A DNA stretch of 32,000 nt from Shewanella sp. VB17 (GTDB taxonomy: Bacteria; Pseudomonadota; Gammaproteobacteria; Enterobacterales; Shewanellaceae). The stretch is taken from the NCBI RefSeq assembly GCF_013248905.1, contig NZ_JABRVS010000001.1, positions 2,927,273-2,959,272 of the forward strand, in the 5' to 3' direction. A model generated the notes under the pieces. That model was not told the origin of the DNA. It worked only from the letters and a program-made list of their open reading frames with translations, and searched no databases. Below are positions 19,281-25,052 of this stretch, piece by piece (positions within the stretch are counted from its first letter, which is position 1; the number at the start of each line of letters is the position of its first letter). The position numbers and the translations under genes were made by a program.

Positions 19281-20213
19281 TTAACTTTGTTCTAAAGGAG
19301 ATTTATACCCGTCAGGCTTAATGGCTAATAAATCACAGTTAATGCTATCGATCACATGTTCTGCTGTATTTCCTATCAATGCTGCAGAAAATCCAGTTCT
19401 GCCTACGGTGCCTAAAATGACCAATTCCGCATCTAATTGCATAGCAAGATCGGGGATCACATCTTCAGGTAAACCTTCTTTTATATGACAGCAATCTTGA
19501 CTAATGCCCAATGTTAAGGCGAGATCGAATACCCTTTGCTCATGTTGGAGCCTAATTGTTTGACTATAAGCATGAGCATCAAAATCGGGCAATTCGATAG
19601 CAAGATTAATCGGCGTACCTGGGTAACCGTTGACAAGATGAACTTGAGCATCAAACTGTTTAGCAAGCGCTTTTGCACACTCAATAATTTTATGATTGAG
19701 TGTAAGATGATCTTTATCCTCTGATCCAACATTAATAGCACATAATATTTTACCTGCTACAGGCCAGTCATGTTCTTTAACTAACAACACTGGGGCAGGG
19801 GATTTACGCATCAAATGCCAATCTGTTGGGGTAAAAATAACCGACTTGAGTTTATCATGCTCATGGGTCCCTTTGATAATGAGATCAAAATTGCCAGAAA
19901 TAGCATGCTGAATAATACTCTCAAAGGGGCGGTTGTGCCAAATGACTTCACTTTTAATGCTGATCTCTGGACAAGCATACTGCTCTAGCACCTCATCAAG
20001 CCAGGCTTGTCGTTGAGCAATGACGCCTTTTCTCATGGATTCACGCTCTTGGCCTGATAAAATCGAGGTCATTTCATAAGAAAAATCATAAATGGAAAGG
20101 AATACAGTTATGCTCGCTTGATTGTGGGTGGCGAGCTCAATTGCTCTTGCGAGTGCGGGTTGTGGATCACTGGTTGGATCAATGACAACTAACAGATTTT
20201 TATATTCTTTCAT
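19281..20213 (-). CDS. uspE: universal stress protein E (tandem Usp domains)
   Basis: 310 aa with two Usp domains (GTHEHDKL..., LGTVGRTGFSAALIGNTAEHV). Sits next to ttcA, and in related genomes next to fnr. Confidence 0.85.
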   Translation of the reverse strand: MKEYKNLLVVIDPTSDPQPALARAIELATHNQASITVFLSIYDFSYEMTSILSGQERESMRKGVIAQRQAWLDEVLEQYACPEISIKSEVIWHNRPFESIIQHAISGNFDLIIKGTHEHDKLKSVIFTPTDWHLMRKSPAPVLLVKEHDWPVAGKILCAINVGSEDKDHLTLNHKIIECAKALAKQFDAQVHLVNGYPGTPINLAIELPDFDAHAYSQTIRLQHEQRVFDLALTLGISQDCCHIKEGLPEDVIPDLAMQLDAELVILGTVGRTGFSAALIGNTAEHVIDSINCDLLAIKPDGYKSPLEQS

Positions 20214-20356
20214 ATTTTTGTCCCTTACTCATTTTATACCATTAATAATGGCGCATATCGCGTAAAATACATTGTTTTAGATCAAGTTAGCCCATATTGC
20301 TTAACTTGTTATACCATTGTTTTAAAATAAGTAAATTAATTATTGTCTCATTAATA

Positions 20357-21274
20357 TTAATTGATCACATACCAATGTTTACGAGGTATGAGCACCGGAT
20401 GTTTAATCGGTGTAGGCTCACGATATTGATAGTTCTTTAACGCATTAATAGTTACAGGTGTATTAAACAATATTATAGGCAATGTAGCATTAGTGCTTAA
20501 CATTCGTTTGCTGCGTGTATCACCAGTATTCTTACACCATATATCGATTAAAGGTTGAACTCGTGCAAATCTTATTTCAGTTATTTTTGCACTTGAAGAA
20601 ACTCGACTCATTAATTCTCTTTCTTTTTCGTAACGGGCTATGAGTTCTTCTTTATTTAAACCAAAGCATTCGAAGTTTTTTGCATTGATGCTGGATTTTA
20701 AAATATCAGCGGCAACATCATGTTTGACGTGATGTTGCATTTTTTTAGCGCGCCAATAAAAATTAACAGATGATATTTCATCGACGATTGTATCCATATA
20801 TTTCATTTTTCTGACGGCACTAAGAAGTACTAGATTAGGGATAAGTTCATGTAAGTTTTCATGGATGAGTTGTCGTTTCGCAAAACCCACTTTAATCGAA
20901 TCACTAAAAATGACTCGACGTTGGTTAACTTCATTGTTTAACTCGATGAATTCATCTTTCGATTTTTTAGGTAAAACAATTAATCCAGGAAAACGCTTTG
21001 CTAAATAGGTATTTTCATTGAATGCGTCAATTTTCAGTTGAGTTATTGCTTGCCGAGCATAACGCTTTGTCTGCTCGGTTATTTGCGTAAGCTCTTCCAT
21101 GACTTTAATATTGCTAGGAGTGGTATTTTCTTCACCTATTTTATTGGCGGGCAACGTGTACATACAAATATTAATCATATTGTCACAGACAAAAGTGGCT
21201 AGCTCAGAAAGGGCCTCTGCCAGTTGCAAGTGGTTGGTTTTTATATACGAATTCAGGGTAGCTCTATTGGTCAT
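20357..21274 (-). CDS. tus: DNA replication terminus site-binding protein Tus (divergent homologue)
   Basis: 305 aa vs 309 aa for E. coli Tus. Collinear blocks by eye: YTLPANK/FSLPEVK, KRFPGLIVL/VRLPGVLCY, HELIPNLVLLSAVRKM/HRHLPGLITLNAYRTL, EIRFARVQPLIDIWCK/KIKRPVKVQPIARVWYK, LPIILFN/PLIALIN, and C-terminus VLIPRKHWYVIN/LIIPRLHLYVAD. Confidence 0.85.
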   Translation of the reverse strand: MTNRATLNSYIKTNHLQLAEALSELATFVCDNMINICMYTLPANKIGEENTTPSNIKVMEELTQITEQTKRYARQAITQLKIDAFNENTYLAKRFPGLIVLPKKSKDEFIELNNEVNQRRVIFSDSIKVGFAKRQLIHENLHELIPNLVLLSAVRKMKYMDTIVDEISSVNFYWRAKKMQHHVKHDVAADILKSSINAKNFECFGLNKEELIARYEKERELMSRVSSSAKITEIRFARVQPLIDIWCKNTGDTRSKRMLSTNATLPIILFNTPVTINALKNYQYREPTPIKHPVLIPRKHWYVIN

Positions 21275-21303
21275 ATTAATTACGGCATACAGGCTAAAAA
21301 TTA

Positions 21304-21332
21304 AGTATCTACTTGATAAATAAAGCTGTCAA
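21304..21332 (-). promoter_or_regulatory. candidate tus promoter
   Basis: The minus strand reads TTGACA (21332-21327), 17-nt spacer, GATACT (21309-21304), about 30 nt upstream of the tus ATG. Confidence 0.4.
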
Positions 21333-21333
21333 A

Positions 21334-21354
21334 CGTTAATTTTCAAAATTAACG
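21334..21354. promoter_or_regulatory. 21-bp perfect palindrome immediately upstream of the tus -35 (operator candidate)
   Basis: CGTTAATTTT-C-AAAATTAACG: 10-bp arms around a single central base. Confidence 0.4.
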
Positions 21355-21496
21355 ATTAAATAACATTTAATGAGCATCCTAGCGATATCCTCGAAAATGA
21401 ACTCATCTACAGCATCTATATTACCTTTATTGGATGTTTTTCAAGCTACCGCAAAGTAAATATAACCAACTTATCCTCTCACTAAACCCAAAGCAT

Positions 21497-21512
21497 TTTT
21501 TTATGGTGACAC
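21497..21512. repeat. left copy of the 16-nt repeat TTTTTTATGGTG[A/T]CAC
   Basis: TTTTTTATGGTGACAC. Identical to the right copy except one base. Contains GTGAC (a matS-type half-site). Confidence 0.6.
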
Positions 21513-21539
21513 AGTTTAAATAGACTATTGATAAACTGC

Positions 21540-21577
21540 TCTTTATGCAACATAATTAGAGTTATGTTGCATAAAGA
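21540..21577. other. dif/lox-like palindromic candidate recombination site (16-6-16)
   Basis: TCTTTATGCAACATAA TTAGAG TTATGTTGCATAAAGA. All 16 arm positions pair and the spacer is asymmetric. The inner 11-nt arm TTATGTTGCAT matches the E. coli dif XerD arm TTATGTTAAAT at 9/11. The site can also be parsed as a 13-8-13 lox-type site. It lies in the divergent tus / recombinase-operon intergenic region. Confidence 0.6.
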
Positions 21578-21602
21578 CATAATGCCCGATGAGGCTATTG
21601 TA

Positions 21603-21618
21603 TTTTTTATGGTGTCAC
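21603..21618. repeat. right copy of the 16-nt repeat TTTTTTATGGTG[A/T]CAC
   Basis: TTTTTTATGGTGTCAC, 106 bp (about 10 helical turns) from the left copy. TGGTGTCACCA is itself an 11-bp palindrome containing GTCAC. Confidence 0.6.
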
Positions 21619-21666
21619 CATGATTGAGTGCTTGGCAAAATAATAGTATGAGATATAGGAATAGAA

Positions 21667-22215
21667 TTGTTAATAACACAAGAAAGAGTAGAACAAGATG
21701 ACAATTACACTCCGCCTAAATGGATTTATGATAACGGACGTACTGGGCGAGGTTATAACCTCAGAATGTTATCAATCACAGAGATAAAAATTTCTGCTGA
21801 TTTATTAAAAACATGGTTATCAAACATTAACATTTCAGATAATCCGTCATGGTATAAACCTTTTGCAAGTTCTACAGAATATCAATCCCATCAATCCTAT
21901 TTTTTACGTTTACTTAGAACGATTAAACAATGTGAAATTGAAGGTGAAGGTATATCAATACATGAAATGAACACCTTAAACCAAGAACTAAGCCGCATTT
22001 TTTCTGATGAGGGCTGGCGACACATGAAGCAAAAATTTAGTCAACAAGCAAAACGGAAGCGTAAAGCAAGACCAGAGATCTCGTCTTCACTACTTAGCAA
22101 GCTTCACCATGTTAAGACGACTCAAGGTTTTACTAGCCTTGATGAGGTCATTGATGAATTATTGTCTTTTTACCATGATAATCAAAATTCAAATGGTGCA
22201 TGTTGTGAAAAATAA
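21667..22215 (+). CDS. hypothetical DNA-binding protein with C-terminal ribbon-helix-helix (MatP-like linker/RHH)
   Basis: 182 aa. TTG start with AGGA 6 nt upstream. Basic patch AKRKRKAR followed by a beta-alpha-alpha pattern: PEISSS-LLSKLHHVKTTQG-FTSLDEVIDELLSFY. GWRHMKQ...KRKRK resembles MatP GWIDKHM..RMKQTIRARRKRH (E. coli sequence recalled from memory). Confidence 0.6.
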   Translation: MLITQERVEQDDNYTPPKWIYDNGRTGRGYNLRMLSITEIKISADLLKTWLSNINISDNPSWYKPFASSTEYQSHQSYFLRLLRTIKQCEIEGEGISIHEMNTLNQELSRIFSDEGWRHMKQKFSQQAKRKRKARPEISSSLLSKLHHVKTTQGFTSLDEVIDELLSFYHDNQNSNGACCEK

Positions 22216-23323
22216 TACTGAACTGACGCCATCTTATGGCGATTTACCGCAATCCATCGCACCAACATCAATTCAAGAATCACTGTTAGACACACGTAGT
22301 TTACTTGAAAAACGCCTCAAATCACAGTTGGCTTTATCCTCAGATCTGGTTGATCAAGATTTAGTACGATTACTCATTAAACATTTACTGGCAGACTTTG
22401 CGAAAAATGATAGCGGTTTATCAGATAACACCATTAAGACATTGTTTATCTATTGGCAAAGTTTTGAATTGTGGTGTCACAAACATCAATGTACTTCACT
22501 ACCAGCATCGGCGACCACATTTGTCGACTACATGAATGATAGAAAGTCAGCGGTAAAAATGAATACCTTAAGCCAATATCGCTGGGCCGTAAGTAAAATT
22601 CACTTAGCTGCCGGATTACCTTCACCCTGTCATACTCAAAAATCAATTGATGTAGTGGGCGGGATCAGAAAACAAAAAATCAGATCAAGCGAACTTGTCA
22701 CACAAGCAAGTCCATTTCGCAGTTCACACTGTGATGCGCTAATTGATTTGTGGATTGGATCTGGAACACCTTTGCAATATAGAAATTTAGCGATAATGGT
22801 AACGGCGTATGAAACGATGATGCGTGAAAGTGAGTTAGCACGAATTGAGTTAGCGCATATAAGTTATCAATCAGATGGTCGTGCGACTTTGCTTATTCCT
22901 TTCACAAAAACAAATATATCTGGTGATCCCGATACCGTCATGTTGAGTCGACAATGTGTTAAAATTATAAATAATTATTTGTCTCATACGGTGAATAAGT
23001 CTAATTTTCTATTTAAGAAAATGACACGAAATGGCAAGCCAGCACAACACAACGGTCCTATTTCTCGTTACACTGTCGACAGGGTTTTTAAACGTGCCTT
23101 TAATGATTTATGTACAAAAAATATAAATTTAACTCATGAAATAGCACCATGGTCTGGGCACAGTGCTCGAGTTGGAGCTTGTCAGGATCTATTAAGTGCT
23201 GGCTATTCTATTCTCGAAGTTCAGCAAGCGGGTCGCTGGGCATCAAGTGAAATGGTTTATCGTTATGGTAGAAATATATTAGCAAAAGAATCTGCAATGG
23301 CCAAAGCACGTTGGGGACGCTAA
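22109..23323 (+). CDS. Cre-family tyrosine site-specific recombinase
   Basis: WSGHSARVGACQDLLSAGYSILEVQQAGRWASSEMVYRYGRN vs P1 Cre WSGHSARVGAARDMARAGVSIPEIMQAGGWTNVNIVMNYIRN. RNLAIMVTAYETMMRESELARI vs Cre RNLAFLGIAYNTLLRIAEIARI. Catalytic R239 K267 H351 R354 W377 Y386 (maximal-ORF numbering). The true start is probably internal: ATG 22154 has GAGG 7 nt upstream, and ATG 22193 is the other candidate. Overlaps the upstream gene. Confidence 0.85.
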   Translation: MLRRLKVLLALMRSLMNYCLFTMIIKIQMVHVVKNNTELTPSYGDLPQSIAPTSIQESLLDTRSLLEKRLKSQLALSSDLVDQDLVRLLIKHLLADFAKNDSGLSDNTIKTLFIYWQSFELWCHKHQCTSLPASATTFVDYMNDRKSAVKMNTLSQYRWAVSKIHLAAGLPSPCHTQKSIDVVGGIRKQKIRSSELVTQASPFRSSHCDALIDLWIGSGTPLQYRNLAIMVTAYETMMRESELARIELAHISYQSDGRATLLIPFTKTNISGDPDTVMLSRQCVKIINNYLSHTVNKSNFLFKKMTRNGKPAQHNGPISRYTVDRVFKRAFNDLCTKNINLTHEIAPWSGHSARVGACQDLLSAGYSILEVQQAGRWASSEMVYRYGRNILAKESAMAKARWGR

Positions 23324-23328
23324 CAATA

Positions 23329-23365
23329 AATACAGATGCAGCATCGATCCTTTTGCATCTGTATT
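23329..23365. terminator. bidirectional terminator between the recombinase gene and fnr
   Basis: AATACAGATGCA / TGCATCTGTATT 12-bp stem with a 13-nt loop. Confidence 0.6.
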
Positions 23366-23374
23366 AACGGTTTA

Positions 23375-24124
23375 TTATCGAAGAGTCGTGCTACTTTGAG
23401 CAAGTTTATTAAGTTCACTAAAATTAATAATTGTGATGTATTTACCTTTCACTTCAATTAATTCCGCCTTTTTCAACCGGCTGATTAAGCGGCTAATCGT
23501 TTCAGCAGTTAATCCTAAGTAATTAGCAATATCTCCTCGAGTCATGGTCAATCTAAATTCTTTTGATGAAAAGCCACAGCTACCAAATCGTACGGCTAAA
23601 TTACTAATAAATGCCGCTAATTTCTCTTCGGCATTTTTTTTACTTAAGAGTAAAATCATGTCTTGATCACTGCGGATCTCATTACTCATCAAACGCATTA
23701 TTTGTTGTCTTAGTTTTGGTATTGTCCCACTGATGTCAGTAAGTGTTGAATATGGAATTTCACAGACCATTGATGTTTCAAGTGCTTGGGCAAAATTTGT
23801 ATGCTGTTGAGAATAAATAGCATCGAAACCCACGACATCACCCGCAAGATGAAACCCCGTAATTTGTTCATCACCTTGTTCTGTAATAGTAAAGCTTTTA
23901 ATCGTACCAGAGCGAATAGCAAAAAGAGAGCTTAGCTTATCCCCTGATTTAAAAATTTGCTCACCTTTTTGCAATGGCTTTTTTCTTTCAATGATATCGT
24001 CGAGGCGGTCGAGTTCAACACTATTAAGCGTAAAAGGCATACATAAAGCACCCATATTACAATTGTGACAATGAATGGCAGATCCAGAATGAATTGAACC
24101 ACGACTGTTATTACTGTCTGTCAT
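23375..24124 (-). CDS. fnr: fumarate/nitrate reduction transcriptional regulator (oxygen-sensing CRP/FNR family)
   Basis: 249 aa, collinear with E. coli FNR ([16 protein letters not shown] cysteine cluster, [52 protein letters not shown]). Confidence 0.95.
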   Translation of the reverse strand: MTDSNNSRGSIHSGSAIHCHNCNMGALCMPFTLNSVELDRLDDIIERKKPLQKGEQIFKSGDKLSSLFAIRSGTIKSFTITEQGDEQITGFHLAGDVVGFDAIYSQQHTNFAQALETSMVCEIPYSTLTDISGTIPKLRQQIMRLMSNEIRSDQDMILLLSKKNAEEKLAAFISNLAVRFGSCGFSSKEFRLTMTRGDIANYLGLTAETISRLISRLKKAELIEVKGKYITIINFSELNKLAQSSTTLR

Positions 24125-24175
24125 AAACTTTTTTACATTCCTCTATTACGATGATGATGAATTAAATCGGTAAGC

Positions 24176-24868
24176 TTAGCTTAGTTGTGCAATTGCGATA
24201 TACAATGTTTGTAAACCAAATAAGACCAACATTGAACCACTGAACAATCTCACTACTTTATGCTGGACACATCGCGCTAATGTATTCGCTGCGACTCCAG
24301 CACTGAATAAGGCTGGCAAGGTGCCCATGCCAAATGCAGCCATAATTAATGCCCCTTGCTGTGCCGAATGGGCGGCAACCGCCCAAGTTAATGTACTGTA
24401 AACCAAACCGCAAGGAAGCCAACCCCATAACATACCACCAACAAATGCGTGATGTAAGCTTTTTATCGGGGTGATCCGTCGTGCCAAAGGGGATAATACC
24501 TGCCAGAGGATTTTGCCAAGCCGCTCTATCTGCACCACCCCAGACCAAATTTGTGCGATATACAAACCTGTGATGATCATCATCATACCAGCAAAAATCC
24601 TGAGGATGATCAGGTATAAATTCACATCAAATAATCGTCCTAATGCACTAGCAGAGCCGCCCACTAAGCCACCTGCAATTGCATAGCTTAATATTCGACC
24701 TAGGTTATAGGTCAATAAAAAGGTTAATTTAGCTGTTAATCGGTTTTGATGATCTTTTGATGGCAATTGCGATGAAAAAGCACCTATCAGACCACCGCAC
24801 ATACCAATGCAGTGGCCCGCACCCATTAACCCGACCAAAAAAGCCCCTGTTACTGAGTAATCAATCAA
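24176..24868 (-). CDS. DsbD_2/TauE-like integral membrane protein associated with cbb3 oxidase maturation
   Basis: 230 aa, polytopic, with GAGHCIGMCGG and WGWLPCGLVY motifs. Overlaps the ccoS stop by 8 nt. Confidence 0.7.
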   Translation of the reverse strand: MIDYSVTGAFLVGLMGAGHCIGMCGGLIGAFSSQLPSKDHQNRLTAKLTFLLTYNLGRILSYAIAGGLVGGSASALGRLFDVNLYLIILRIFAGMMMIITGLYIAQIWSGVVQIERLGKILWQVLSPLARRITPIKSLHHAFVGGMLWGWLPCGLVYSTLTWAVAAHSAQQGALIMAAFGMGTLPALFSAGVAANTLARCVQHKVVRLFSGSMLVLFGLQTLYIAIAQLS

Positions 24869-25052
24869 GAGGAGGCAACTTTTTATCAGTTGATTCTTTG
24901 GTTATGTTAACTTCATTTTCATCAAAAAAAATCGACATACTTTGCCTATCCAGATCATCAAACTGTTCTGATTTTACCGCCCAGAAAAACACCCCTATTG
25001 CGATGATAACGAACAGCATCGCAATAGGAATTAATACATAAATGATACTCAT
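24861..25052 (-). CDS. ccoS: cbb3-type cytochrome oxidase maturation protein CcoS/FixS
   Basis: 63 aa with a single TM and the FWAVKSEQFDDLD motif. Overlaps ccoI by 4 nt. Confidence 0.85.
   Translation of the reverse strand: MSIIYVLIPIAMLFVIIAIGVFFWAVKSEQFDDLDRQSMSIFFDENEVNITKESTDKKLPPLD

Noticed and set aside
21540-21577. The palindrome as a rho-independent terminator
   Set aside because: Both flanking genes are transcribed away from it, the stem is AT-rich, and no T/U tract follows on either strand.
21482-21679. 65-aa minus-strand ORF spanning the palindrome and both flanking repeats
   Set aside because: Low-complexity, hydrophobic AT-rich translation with no RBS. It lies entirely in the divergent control region, so it is most likely a chance ORF.
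20214-23374. The cassette as a conventional integrated prophage or integrative element
   Set aside because: I could find no att-like direct repeats at the uspE and fnr junctions, no tRNA target, no excisionase or phage/plasmid replication, structural or transfer genes, and only a single copy of the candidate site. Ancient domestication of a mobile element cannot be excluded.
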